Shown here: in pieces, positions 38,430-48,002 of the stretch | Layout of the letters: each line of letters opens with the position of its first letter | How positions within the stretch are numbered: the stretch's first letter is position 1 | NCBI GenBank assembly: GCA_963827235.1 | Contig: CAWHAE010000018.1 | Span: 320,001-384,000, forward strand | Origin: an uncultured bacterium | Lineage (GTDB): Bacteria; Chloroflexota; UBA5177; JANWHV01 | DNA length: 64,000 bases | Direction of reading: 5' to 3' | Translations under genes and position numbers: made by a program | Notes under the pieces: model-generated | Database searches by the model: none | Told to the model about the DNA's origin: nothing | The model's input: only the letters and a program-made list of their open reading frames with translations

Positions 38430-39338
38430 CTAGCCCTTGTACGTGAACGCTGCTCTGCCGGCCACGCCCGGCCGGCAGCGGAATAGCGCGCCCGCCAGCG
38501 GCTCGCGGGCGAGGCGCTCCTCCTCAAGGTTCTCCGTTGCCGTCGTGATATACAGATCCTTCAGGTCGGGCCCACCGAAGGCACAGCAGCTGACTTGCGA
38601 TACCGGCAGCCGGATCACGCGGTCCAGCGTACCGTCCGGGGCGTAGCGATGGACGGCCCAGCCGCCCCACACGGCTACCCAGAGGTAGCCCACGGCGTCG
38701 AGAGTCATGCCGTCCGGGCCGCCGTTCCCCGGTGGGAGGGTCGCCAGCCTGCGCCGCCCGGAGATCTCCCCGGACTCGGCGTCGAAATCAAACACGTCCA
38801 CGCCGCCCAGGGGGGTGTCGATGTAATACATGAGCCGGTCGCCGTCGGCCCAGTCCAACCCGTTGGAAACCGAGACACCCGTGAGCACGCGTGTCACGAC
38901 GTGCTGACGATCCATGCGGTAGAGCGAGCCCGCCGGCTTGCCCGCGCGCTGCTCAAAGGCCATCGTGCCGGCCCAAAAGCGCCCGGCACTATCGCATTTG
39001 CCGTCGTTCATGCGCGTGGTCGGGTCGTCGGCCTCGACCGGTGCGAGCATGTCCAGGCGGCCCGAACCGGGATCGAACGCCGCGAAGCCGTCTCGTAGCG
39101 CCAGGACCAGCCCACCGGCCTCGCGCACCACAAGTGCACCTACCGGCTGACCGACGTCGAACGTCACATCGGTGCCACGCTCGGGATCGAACCTGTGGAC
39201 CAGATGGCCCATAATGTCTACCCAATACAGCACGCTCTCCTTGACCGACCACACGGGTCCCTCGCCAACGATGGCATGTGCATTGACCAGCAGCTCGAGA
39301 TCGGACGGCGGCTCGGACGCGTGATTCTGCACTGGCAC
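38430..39338 (-). CDS. SMP-30/gluconolactonase/LRE family protein
   Basis: GEGPVW, RMNDGKCD, SNG, PDGMTLD, FGG..LYITTA. Confidence 0.92.
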   Translation of the reverse strand: MPVQNHASEPPSDLELLVNAHAIVGEGPVWSVKESVLYWVDIMGHLVHRFDPERGTDVTFDVGQPVGALVVREAGGLVLALRDGFAAFDPGSGRLDMLAPVEADDPTTRMNDGKCDSAGRFWAGTMAFEQRAGKPAGSLYRMDRQHVVTRVLTGVSVSNGLDWADGDRLMYYIDTPLGGVDVFDFDAESGEISGRRRLATLPPGNGGPDGMTLDAVGYLWVAVWGGWAVHRYAPDGTLDRVIRLPVSQVSCCAFGGPDLKDLYITTATENLEEERLAREPLAGALFRCRPGVAGRAAFTYKG

Positions 39339-39836
39339 GTTGCTTTCCCCCTTCAACGAGTGACTGGCTGCACGGCGTGGCACCTAACCTCGCTGGCCGG
39401 CAGGCCCGGCTCGATAGGTGCCACGCGTGGCGCGACCGCACGGACGCACGCACAGAGTGTACCTTGCGCGTATGCCGGTCGCTGCGACGCAGCCGGCTGG
39501 CCGCGGATGGGCTTCCGCGAGGAGGCAAGCCGCCTTACGAGACGCCCGGCGAAACGGTCCAGGTCATTCGTGGGCTGCGCCTCTTCGCGAGAGAAGCGCC
39601 GCCGGCTGCAGCGGCGGCCCGGCGAGCCGGCGCCACCGCCTCTCACGGAAGCCGGTCCGGAAGGCCGGGCTGCTATACTGTCACTGGCCGTGTCGCTCCG
39701 GTGGGACGTCATCTCTCAAGAGTCCGTGTCCCCTCCTGGCTCCGTCTCGGCAGTACCGCTCGGCCGCGCCGCGCCTTGGCGCCTCGCGTGGCCGTCGATC
39801 GAGACACCGATGTCCAGCTGCAGTCCGGAGAAACCA

Positions 39837-40589
39837 GTGTCCAACACGCCAGAGGCGACGCCGCCGCGCCACCTGAGGACCGATCTGCACACCCACACGA
39901 CCTTCTCGGATGGACGCGCGGACCTGGCCGCCACGCTCGCGGCCGCGCGGCGCAATGGATTCGAGATCGGCGTCAGCGACCACTATTCCAGCTACTACGG
40001 GATCGAGGGCGACCGGGCGCTCGCGCGGTACCTGGACGCGCTGGAGCAGTTCCCCGTTTACCGCTCGGTTGAGCTCGATCTAGGCGCCGAACAGCTCATC
40101 TCGCCGGAGAATCAGGCGAAGCTCGACTACTGCATCGGCTCGCTGCACCTGGTGCTGGACTCGGAAGGCAAGCGCGTGCAGCCCGATCGCGGATCGCCGA
40201 GCTCCGTCCAGCACTACATGCGCTGCGTGGTCGAGCAGTACGAGCGCGGCCTCCGCTCCGGCAGCTACGCCATGATCGGCCATCCCATGTTCCTGCCCGA
40301 CCTCCCGCGCGAGGGTCAGGAGGAGCTATGGACTGCCGACCTGGTGAAGCGGTTCGTCGACGTCGTGGTCGAAACCGGCGCCGCCCTCGAGCTGAGCACC
40401 CGCTATCGCGTGCCGTCGGAAGATACTATGCGCGCCGCGCTTGCCGCGGGTGCGCGCTTTGCCGTGGGCAGCGACGGGCACCGGCTGGAAGCGATCGGCG
40501 CTATCGACTACGCGCGCAGACTGACGCTCGACTTCGCGATTCCACCGGAACGCTTCTATCTGCCCGAGCGCCAGCTGCCGGGCTACTGA
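39837..40589 (+). CDS. PHP-domain phosphoesterase (HisJ/YcdX-like)
   Basis: DLHTHTTFSDG, SDH, GSLH, GHP, GSDGH. Confidence 0.85.
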   Translation: MSNTPEATPPRHLRTDLHTHTTFSDGRADLAATLAAARRNGFEIGVSDHYSSYYGIEGDRALARYLDALEQFPVYRSVELDLGAEQLISPENQAKLDYCIGSLHLVLDSEGKRVQPDRGSPSSVQHYMRCVVEQYERGLRSGSYAMIGHPMFLPDLPREGQEELWTADLVKRFVDVVVETGAALELSTRYRVPSEDTMRAALAAGARFAVGSDGHRLEAIGAIDYARRLTLDFAIPPERFYLPERQLPGY

Positions 40590-40831
40590 GAATCGCCGCC
40601 CTTGCTGGGAAAGACGCGCGCGGCAAGCACCATGAAGCCGCATACCGTCAGGTAGAGCAGCATCACGAAGCCGGCGCCTTTGGTCAGGTGAGAAGGGTCG
40701 CTCTTCTTGAAGAGATAGGAGAGGACGGCCAGCGTGATCACCGCTATGGCAAGAAAGATTGCCGTGCCGGCCCAGCCGCCGGCCCGCAGGCGATCGAGGT
40801 AGCGCGCGATCACTTGTCTCATGCCGTCCAC
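40583..40831 (-). CDS. Small 2-TM hypothetical protein
   Basis: Two hydrophobic segments; fills the gap downstream of rsmI. Confidence 0.6.
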   Translation of the reverse strand: MDGMRQVIARYLDRLRAGGWAGTAIFLAIAVITLAVLSYLFKKSDPSHLTKGAGFVMLLYLTVCGFMVLAARVFPSKGGDSQ

Positions 40832-40855
40832 GCTCCAGTCCAGTACGTCAACATG

Positions 40856-41572
40856 CTACCGTAAACCGTCGCGCACAGTACAGGCAGCGGCAGGCTCTTC
40901 ACCTGCTAGCGTCGCGCCTCCGATCACCACGATGTATTCGCCGAGCAGAGGGTTCTTGCCGATCGATTCGGCCAACGCCGAGAGAGTGCCCCTCTCGACG
41001 GCCTCGAACTTCTTGGTCAGGTCGTTGGCGATCGCGGCCGGGCGGTCGCCGTATGCTGCGATCGCGTCGTCCAGGAAAGCGAGTAGCCGGTGGGGGCTCT
41101 CGTAGAAGACCAGCGTGTGGGGCGAGGCAGCGTCCACTTGCAGGAAGGTACGGCGGGCGCGCGACTTGCGCGGCGGGAAGCCGCGAAAGGTGAAGCTGTG
41201 TACCGGCAGCCCGGAGAGAACGAGGGCCATGATCAGCGCCGTGGGGCCTGGTATCATGGTCACCGCCAGACCGGCCTCCAGCACGCGACGCACGATCGTG
41301 AACCCGGGATCGGCGATGCCGGGCGTGCCGGCGTCCGTCACCACGGCGACCGACTTTCCCTCCAGCAGTAGCTTCTCGATCTGGCCACACGCCCGCTCTT
41401 CGTTGTGCTCGTGATACGAGATCTGCGGCTTCTTGATCTCGAAATGCTTGAGCAGCAGGCCCGTCTTGCGCGTATCCTCGCTGGCGACGACGTCGACTTC
41501 TCGCAGGGTCTCGAGCGCTCGCAGCGTAATGTCGCCCAGGTTACCGATCGGCGTCGCTACCAGGTAGAGCAT
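40856..41572 (-). CDS. rsmI: 16S rRNA C1402 2'-O-methyltransferase
   Basis: [42 protein letters not shown]. Confidence 0.95.
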   Translation of the reverse strand: MLYLVATPIGNLGDITLRALETLREVDVVASEDTRKTGLLLKHFEIKKPQISYHEHNEERACGQIEKLLLEGKSVAVVTDAGTPGIADPGFTIVRRVLEAGLAVTMIPGPTALIMALVLSGLPVHSFTFRGFPPRKSRARRTFLQVDAASPHTLVFYESPHRLLAFLDDAIAAYGDRPAAIANDLTKKFEAVERGTLSALAESIGKNPLLGEYIVVIGGATLAGEEPAAACTVRDGLR

Positions 41573-41596
41573 CGATCTCTCGCCACCGCTCGCGGC

Positions 41597-44080
41597 CTAC
41601 TGCCGCACTCTGCGCAACACCAGCGCGGTCCTGCCGGCCGGATCCTGCGCAGCCACGGCGATCCGCGTCGAGTAGGCGCTCGGCACGCCGATCGTAAGGC
41701 TGAACCCGCCGTCCGACCCGGCCACCGTGCCGTAGGCCCGCGTGGCGGTCTCGCTGGTAACCAGGATGGCAACGCGGGCGCCCGGCGCGGCCGTGCCCCG
41801 GATGATCAGACTCCGAGCACTGCTGCCGGTGACGTTCGCGGCAGGCGAGGTCACTGCTAGACGCGCCTGCTCGACCCGATGCGTCACGTAGCGTTCTCGG
41901 GTAATCGACGGCTGGTCGAGCAGCGTGCCGGACTGGACATCCATCAGCAGGCGCAGGTACTGGCCCAAAGCCCAGTTGAGCGGTGTCGCCGAGCCGTCTG
42001 CCTGGCCGGTGGCCATGCCGATCGAGGCCGCCAGTGGCGGCGTGCCGGCTGGCGACGGTGGCACGGACTTCCTCTCCCAGATCTGCTCCGGAATCAGACC
42101 GGTGGCGGTGGCAAACCCCTGCATGGTCTGCAGCGAGGCCAATGCGTCCGTCACACGGCCGTCGGTCAGGTCGTATTCACCGCGCTCGCCGCCCAGCACG
42201 GGCCACGGATGCCCCGTTCCCTGCAGCGCGGTGGAGTTCCAGGGTGCACCGCTTGCCGAATCGCCGTAGGTGTCGAAGTTGTAGCGGTACCAGGCGGGTC
42301 CCTCGGCGGTCGTCACCCGGATCGTGGCGTCGACCACGCCGAGCGAAGCAACGACGTCCCTGTCGTTGGCAGGAAGGATGCCCAAACGCACGAGCTCGAG
42401 GAAGCCCGAGTCGACCACCGACCGCTCGTCCCGCCCCGCGCCGCCGGCGATCTGCAACGAGCCTCCGTCGTTGGGATCGGCGTTGTCGTCGAGGCGAATG
42501 AAATAGGGGCGGTGCGCCAGGGGACCGGTCGACGTGACCGTCCACGATTTCACGTTCCGCTGCCAATCGTCGGCCACGCCGCGGTAGACCAGGGCCCGTG
42601 CCCGGTCGCCGTTCTTCTCCGCTATGGCGGCCGCGGATGCCAGCCCGGCGATCTCTGCCGCGATGGTCGAGGGAGAGTAACCGGAATCCTCCTCCCACCG
42701 CTCCTGATCGGTGATTGGCCCGGTGCGTACCAGGTAGTCGGCCATCTGGCGCAGCCGGCTCACGTACGTGGCACCGTCGTCGACGCCCAGGCTCCAGGCC
42801 AGGATCAGAGGGTAGGCAACTCCGTCAAGCTGAATGCCGCCATCCACCGGATTGCCGTCCACCAGGGTGTTCTGCGCCACGCCGCCGTCGGCCTGGTCCA
42901 GCGTTGTGAGCATGTAGCGCAGGATGTCGTGCGCCGTGGCCGAGTCGCCGGCGGCCGCCATGCCGGTAGCCATCTCGTAGAGATCGCGGCTCCAGACCCG
43001 GTGGTAACCCTGCCCGCTGTTCTGGTCGGCGGCGACCGACTGGCCCCACGGCGTGCTCAGCGAGGCTACGATGGCGCCCGGGAACCGCTTGTCTTCGCTA
43101 GCCTTGAGGGCCAGGGCGGCATCGAAGTACTGATCGCGCTCGGCGGCGCTGAAGCGTCCGTCGGGTTGGCGCAGCCCGGCGGCGTAGCGGTGCCACCCGG
43201 CGATGAACGCGCGCTCGGTGCCGGCGAACGGCTGCGCGAGACTTGCGGCGGCGGTTCGCTCCGCGGCAGCCTCGGACGGCGCAAAGCCCAGCCCCAGATC
43301 GGCAGTGCCGTCGCTCCTCAGCGGCACGAATGCGCCCTGCACGATGTTGCCCGGCCCGGCCGCCGCGTACGCCGGACCGGCGGCATGATGGCCCTGGAAC
43401 GACGCCTCCGGATCGCTTGCCGTGCCCGCATAACCGGTCGTGCCGCTGAGCAGTGGCGGGCTGGCGAGCAGGGCCGACGCCACGGGACCGTAGTGACCGC
43501 TGTCGTCGTGGGCCAGCAGAGCGGCGCCGGCAACGCGGCCGCTATCGCCGGTGCCGTTCGCGTTCAGCGCCGGATCGTAGCGCACGTACACACGCAGCGG
43601 TTGAAGGCCGCTGGGGTGGCTGAGCTGCACGTGGATCAGCACGGTCGGCCGGCGCGGATCCGAGAAGAACGTCGTGGCCAGCATGTACGCCGCGCGCCGG
43701 CCACGACAGGTGACGACGTACTGCTCCGATCGCGGATCGGGATGGACGGTGAGGCAGGTGGTGTCGATGGACTGCCGGTCGGCGAAGCTCTTGCCGTCCG
43801 TGACGACGAACGAAAGCGACGTGACGTCCGGCGTATCGGTAGTGGGGTAGAATACCTCGGTCAGCCGGCCGCCAGCCAGCGTGTACCAGACGTTGGAAGC
43901 AGTACCGAGGGCGCTGCCCACGCCGTCCTTCCTGCCGACCGCCCAGTACGGCGCGGCGCCCGGCGCACCCGGGGCCGTGGCGCTGGTCAGACTGCCGGCC
44001 CGCGTCGCGGCAGGAGCGATCGTGGCCAGACAGAGGAAGGCGAGCGCAAAGCGCCGGAAGCGGCGCGCTAGCCCGTGCAT
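41597..44080 (-). CDS. Secreted GH15 glucoamylase / glucodextranase
   Basis: Signal peptide; LTEVFYP N-terminal domain; VWSRDLY, ERWEE, PEQIW; C-terminal Ig-like domain. Confidence 0.9.
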   Translation of the reverse strand: MHGLARRFRRFALAFLCLATIAPAATRAGSLTSATAPGAPGAAPYWAVGRKDGVGSALGTASNVWYTLAGGRLTEVFYPTTDTPDVTSLSFVVTDGKSFADRQSIDTTCLTVHPDPRSEQYVVTCRGRRAAYMLATTFFSDPRRPTVLIHVQLSHPSGLQPLRVYVRYDPALNANGTGDSGRVAGAALLAHDDSGHYGPVASALLASPPLLSGTTGYAGTASDPEASFQGHHAAGPAYAAAGPGNIVQGAFVPLRSDGTADLGLGFAPSEAAAERTAAASLAQPFAGTERAFIAGWHRYAAGLRQPDGRFSAAERDQYFDAALALKASEDKRFPGAIVASLSTPWGQSVAADQNSGQGYHRVWSRDLYEMATGMAAAGDSATAHDILRYMLTTLDQADGGVAQNTLVDGNPVDGGIQLDGVAYPLILAWSLGVDDGATYVSRLRQMADYLVRTGPITDQERWEEDSGYSPSTIAAEIAGLASAAAIAEKNGDRARALVYRGVADDWQRNVKSWTVTSTGPLAHRPYFIRLDDNADPNDGGSLQIAGGAGRDERSVVDSGFLELVRLGILPANDRDVVASLGVVDATIRVTTAEGPAWYRYNFDTYGDSASGAPWNSTALQGTGHPWPVLGGERGEYDLTDGRVTDALASLQTMQGFATATGLIPEQIWERKSVPPSPAGTPPLAASIGMATGQADGSATPLNWALGQYLRLLMDVQSGTLLDQPSITRERYVTHRVEQARLAVTSPAANVTGSSARSLIIRGTAAPGARVAILVTSETATRAYGTVAGSDGGFSLTIGVPSAYSTRIAVAAQDPAGRTALVLRRVRQ

Positions 44081-44246
44081 GTCCAGGGGCCGCGATGAAC
44101 CGGGCACGACCGATCAGCGCATGTCGCGCTGAAGCCTGGCCAGCTCCCGGCGCAGGCGATCGTTCTCTGCCTCGAGCTCTCGCCAAGCGCGCACGGCTTC
44201 AAGCCGCGCCTCGGCTTCCTGCTTCCTCTCGCTCCATAGGGGAATT

Positions 44247-45164
44247 CTACCCCTTGACCGCCCCTCCGGCGAGCCCGCTGACGAACCACCGCTGCGCGAC
44301 CAGGAAGATGATCACCCAGGGCACCGAGCCCATCACCGCCGCCGCGGCGAAGTCCGTCCAGTCGGTGGTGAAGTTGCCCAGCGCGAAGCTCAAGAGTCCG
44401 TTGCTGAAGGTCTTACGGCTCGGGTCGGTGACCAGTATGCTGACGATCAGGAACTCATTCGCCACGCCCAGGAAGCCCTGGATGAAGATGAAGGCCATCA
44501 TGGGCCGGCAAAGCGGCATGATCACCTTCCAGAAGGCCACGAAGCGGCTGGCCCCGTCGATATAGGCGGATTCCTCCAGGTCGAACGGCAGCGTGTCGAT
44601 GTAGCCCTTGAACAGCCAGGCGTTGAACGGGATGCTCGTGCCCACGTAGATGCAGATCAGCCCGACCCAGTTGTCGGCAATGGGGAACCAGTTCTCCGAG
44701 ATCCAGTTCACCAGGTAGTAGTACGCGGTGAGGGCCATGATCGTGGGAAAGAGTTGCATCGCCACCAGGGTCAGCACCGCGGCCCGCCGCCCCGGGAAGC
44801 GGAACCGGCTCAGGGCGTAGGCGATCAGGACGATCACGAGGACTTCGAGCGCGGCCGTGATGCAGCCCACGATCAGCGTATTGCGCACCCAGAGCAGGAA
44901 ATCGGTGTGCTGCCAGACGTCGGCATAGTGGCTGAGCGTATAGTTGCTGGGCAAAAAGCTGGTGGCGAAGCTGTCGCCCACGTTGAGCGAGGTCATCACG
45001 ATCCAGAAGATCGGGAAGAGGGTCAGCACCGTGACCAGCAGGAGCGCCACCCAGGAGATCGCGATGTTCCGCTTCTGGTCACGCCGCAAGCGGCGGTCCT
45101 TGCGAAACTGTGGCAGACTGCGCTGCCCGCCGGCAGCACCCGGAACAGTGCCCTGCACGGCCAT
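44247..45164 (-). CDS. Oligosaccharide ABC permease (MalG/GanQ-like)
   Basis: LEESAYIDGA, FAAAAV, QRWFVSGLAGGAVKG. Confidence 0.92.
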   Translation of the reverse strand: MAVQGTVPGAAGGQRSLPQFRKDRRLRRDQKRNIAISWVALLLVTVLTLFPIFWIVMTSLNVGDSFATSFLPSNYTLSHYADVWQHTDFLLWVRNTLIVGCITAALEVLVIVLIAYALSRFRFPGRRAAVLTLVAMQLFPTIMALTAYYYLVNWISENWFPIADNWVGLICIYVGTSIPFNAWLFKGYIDTLPFDLEESAYIDGASRFVAFWKVIMPLCRPMMAFIFIQGFLGVANEFLIVSILVTDPSRKTFSNGLLSFALGNFTTDWTDFAAAAVMGSVPWVIIFLVAQRWFVSGLAGGAVKG

Positions 45165-46124
45165 CTATCTCGCCTCCTTGAACGCGCCGGTGAGCCGCAC
45201 GTTTATCAGGCTCAGAATGACGATAATCAGAAAGACCAGGATTCCCAGCGCCGCCATCTGGCCGTAGGCCTGGAATCCACTCACCTGGTTATAGAGGTAG
45301 CTGCCCAGCGTATCGGTCTCGCCTCGCTGGGTAATGTCGAGCGAGGGCGGTGCGCCTCCCGTCAGCGCCCAGACAAAGACGGCGTTGTTGAACTGGAAGG
45401 CGAATTGCACCACGACCAGAGGCGCCAATGCCGGCCGGACCGACGGGATCGTGATGTGCCGGAAGCGAGCCCACGCGCCGGCGCCGTCGATCTCCGCCAC
45501 CTCGTAGAGATCTCCCGGTATGGCCTGCAGAATGCTCAGTATCAACACCATGAAATAGGGAAACGAGAACCAGCCGTTGACCGCGATCAGGCACAGCTTC
45601 GCCAGGTTTGGATCGTTGAGCCAGTCGGGACGACCGAGGCCGATCGACGAGAGAATGGAGTTCACGGCCCCGAAGTCGGTGTTCAGCACGCCGCGCCAGG
45701 TGACTACGGAGATGGTGAACGGCAGAGCCCAGGGCAGGATGAGCAGAGCCCTATAGATGATCCTGCCCGGCAATCGCGGATTGTTCACCAACATGGCGAT
45801 TGCACCGCCTGTGCAGATGTTGACCACCGTGCAGCCGGCGGCGAAGGCGAAGGTCCAGGCGAAGAGCCACAGGTAGCCATGGGCATAGCCGGTGTAGGGA
45901 TCGGTGCTGAACGCGTAGCCGTAGTTGCGCAGACCTACCCAGTGATAGTTGTAGAGATGCTGCTGATTGTAGTTCGTACCGGAGATGTACGCCGTGAAGA
46001 TGAGCGGAATGATGATGCCCACGGCCAGGAACAATATGGCCGGCGTCATCCAAGCCACCGGGAAGTAGGTTCGCTTTCGTGCGGGCGGTGCACCCGGCAC
46101 GGCGGACGTGGCGCTCACAGCCAT
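45165..46124 (-). CDS. Oligosaccharide ABC permease (MalF/GanP-like)
   Basis: LPWALP, LYEVAEIDGA, FAFQFNN, LTGG..TD. Confidence 0.92.
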   Translation of the reverse strand: MAVSATSAVPGAPPARKRTYFPVAWMTPAILFLAVGIIIPLIFTAYISGTNYNQQHLYNYHWVGLRNYGYAFSTDPYTGYAHGYLWLFAWTFAFAAGCTVVNICTGGAIAMLVNNPRLPGRIIYRALLILPWALPFTISVVTWRGVLNTDFGAVNSILSSIGLGRPDWLNDPNLAKLCLIAVNGWFSFPYFMVLILSILQAIPGDLYEVAEIDGAGAWARFRHITIPSVRPALAPLVVVQFAFQFNNAVFVWALTGGAPPSLDITQRGETDTLGSYLYNQVSGFQAYGQMAALGILVFLIIVILSLINVRLTGAFKEAR

Positions 46125-46181
46125 GCTTCCCCCAATCCCTACCGATCGGCGTGCGAGACCACCGATCGATCTCCATCTGGC

Positions 46182-46217
46182 GTGCAGGTGAGCAAGGGAT
46201 CCCTTGCTCACCTGCAC
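46182..46217. repeat. Perfect 36-bp palindrome between the MalE-like and MalF-like genes
   Basis: gtgcaggtgagcaagggatcccttgctcacctgcac equals its own reverse complement. Confidence 0.95.
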
Positions 46218-46238
46218 TGCTGTCCAACTGGACGGGCT

Positions 46239-47501
46239 CTAGCTTCCGGCTGCTTCCTTGGCGAGGGCAGCCTTCATCTGCTGCACGGCGGTATCGAGTG
46301 CCACCTTCGGGGTGGCGCGGCCCGAGATCGCCAGGGTAATCGCGCTCTGCAGCGGGTTCCACGCCGTGTTGTTGTTGAACTCGGGGATGTTCGGCATGGG
46401 ATCGCCCACGGCAAAAGCCTTCGCGGCCTGCACCTGGATTGCATCCGGCGTCCAGCCGGGAACGCTCTTGAAGGCGGGAAGCCGGCCCTCATAGGTGCCG
46501 CTGATCGCCTGGCCGTTCATGCTCAGATACTTGCCGAGGCTCCAGGCCGCCGCCTGGTTCTTGCTGAAGTTGTTCACTTCCCAGACCCGCACGCCGATGT
46601 AGGTGTGCGCGATACCGCCATTCGGGAGCGGCGGAATCGGCTCGGCGCCCAGGTCGCTGCCCAGCGCCTTCTCGTAGGCAGCCAGCTGCCAGGGTCCGTT
46701 GATCGTCATCGCCGCTTTGCCGGCGCTGAAGTTGCTGTCCGCGGCATTGTAGTCTGTCGACTTGGGTACGACGGTGGTGAGGGACTTCAGGAAGGTCAGC
46801 GCCTTGACCGCACCGTCGTTGTTCATGCCGATGTCGGTGGTATCGTACTTGCCGTTCTTCAGGGCGAACACATAGGCACCGTAGCCGCTGAAGGCCCAGT
46901 AGTTGTAGTAGAGGCCGCCCGTGATGTCATAGAGCAGTCCGTACTGGCCACCCTTGGTCAGCATCCTGGCCTTGGCAAGGAGGTCGACCCAGTTCGTGGG
47001 CGCGGTGGGCACGAGCTTCTTGTTGTAGTAGAGGAACGTGCCGTCGACCGCCTGCGGAATGGAGTAGGCCACGCCGTTCACCGAGCTTGAGCCCAAGGCG
47101 CTCGGCTGATACTTCGCCAGATCGGCCGCGCTGAGCAGGCCGGCCGGCCGCGGAGCCAGGATCCCGGAGGCCACCAGGTTGCCCTGCTGATCCTCGGTGG
47201 AATAGGCAAGGTCGGCAGCGCCTGCACTCTTCGCCTTGAGACGCAGCAAGCCGGCGACGTCGGTCGATCCGCCGCCCATGCCCGGCTGAGACGTGTTCAT
47301 CCACTTCACGGTGTCGCCGTTCGCCGTGGCCCACTTATTGCCGAGCGCGATGAACTGGGTTTCCTGAGTTTTTGAGAAGTCTTCCCAGACGGTGAGCGTT
47401 ACTCCGCCCGCCTTTGGCCGTGCAGCCTGGACGTTGCCGATGCCAAGATAAGGCACGGTGAGCAGCGCCGCCGCGGCTACTGCCAAGAGGGTTCGTTTCA
47501 T
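46239..47501 (-). CDS. Oligosaccharide ABC substrate-binding protein (MalE/GanS-like)
   Basis: Signal peptide; LYYNKKLV, AAMTINGPW, PMPNIPE. Confidence 0.92.
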   Translation of the reverse strand: MKRTLLAVAAAALLTVPYLGIGNVQAARPKAGGVTLTVWEDFSKTQETQFIALGNKWATANGDTVKWMNTSQPGMGGGSTDVAGLLRLKAKSAGAADLAYSTEDQQGNLVASGILAPRPAGLLSAADLAKYQPSALGSSSVNGVAYSIPQAVDGTFLYYNKKLVPTAPTNWVDLLAKARMLTKGGQYGLLYDITGGLYYNYWAFSGYGAYVFALKNGKYDTTDIGMNNDGAVKALTFLKSLTTVVPKSTDYNAADSNFSAGKAAMTINGPWQLAAYEKALGSDLGAEPIPPLPNGGIAHTYIGVRVWEVNNFSKNQAAAWSLGKYLSMNGQAISGTYEGRLPAFKSVPGWTPDAIQVQAAKAFAVGDPMPNIPEFNNNTAWNPLQSAITLAISGRATPKVALDTAVQQMKAALAKEAAGS

Positions 47502-47809
47502 ATGTGACTCCTCGCTGAGCTACGAACGTGCCAACGCTCGGATCTGCGAGCGCCGGCGATATCCACCGGTTCCCCGGTCAATCCCTTGCGAGTAGATGGC
47601 ACCGGATGAGGCCAATCCCTGCCGCCGTCTGCTGCCTCTCGGCAATGCGCCGGGCCCGCAGCACCGTGTCACGCGTGCTCGGCGCCGCGGCAGGAGTGTC
47701 TGCCCAGATCTCCTTTCTGTCATGAACACACTGCCAACCCGGCACGGGCGGACACAACACGACCCGATGCCCCGGGCTTCTACGGGCTCCGGGCCATCAA
47801 GTGGCCTAT

Positions 47810-47875
47810 AGTATAGGTGCCGGAGGAAGACCCAGTAAATGGCGCGCGCGGCTACCAAGTTGCACAAAATCGCTA
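47810..47875 (-). promoter_or_regulatory. Putative AraC-activated promoter of the MalE-like operon
   Basis: Minus strand: TAGCGATTTTGTGCAA, 20 bp, TTTACT, 18 bp, TATACT; same architecture as 48926-48991. Confidence 0.75.
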
Positions 47876-48002
47876 AATGGCCGTCGTTCCTCTCCTGGCG
47901 AGCCGCCTCAGCCGCCCACGGACGGCCGGTATCCTGCCATTCGACCTCTGTCGGAGGCTTCCGTCCGCCGCTGGAAGCCGCCGTCCCCGTCCGGCATCGC
48001 CC

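Noticed and set aside
39650-39675. GGTCCGGAAGG resembling the SRP RNA loop
   Set aside because: Lacks the following AGCAGC and the surrounding helix
44754-47090. Long antisense ORFs (this 778-aa one; also 41879-44071, 49041-51122, 3234-5045, 59112-60992)
   Set aside because: Shadow frames of real genes, expected from GC-rich codon bias; no recognisable motifs
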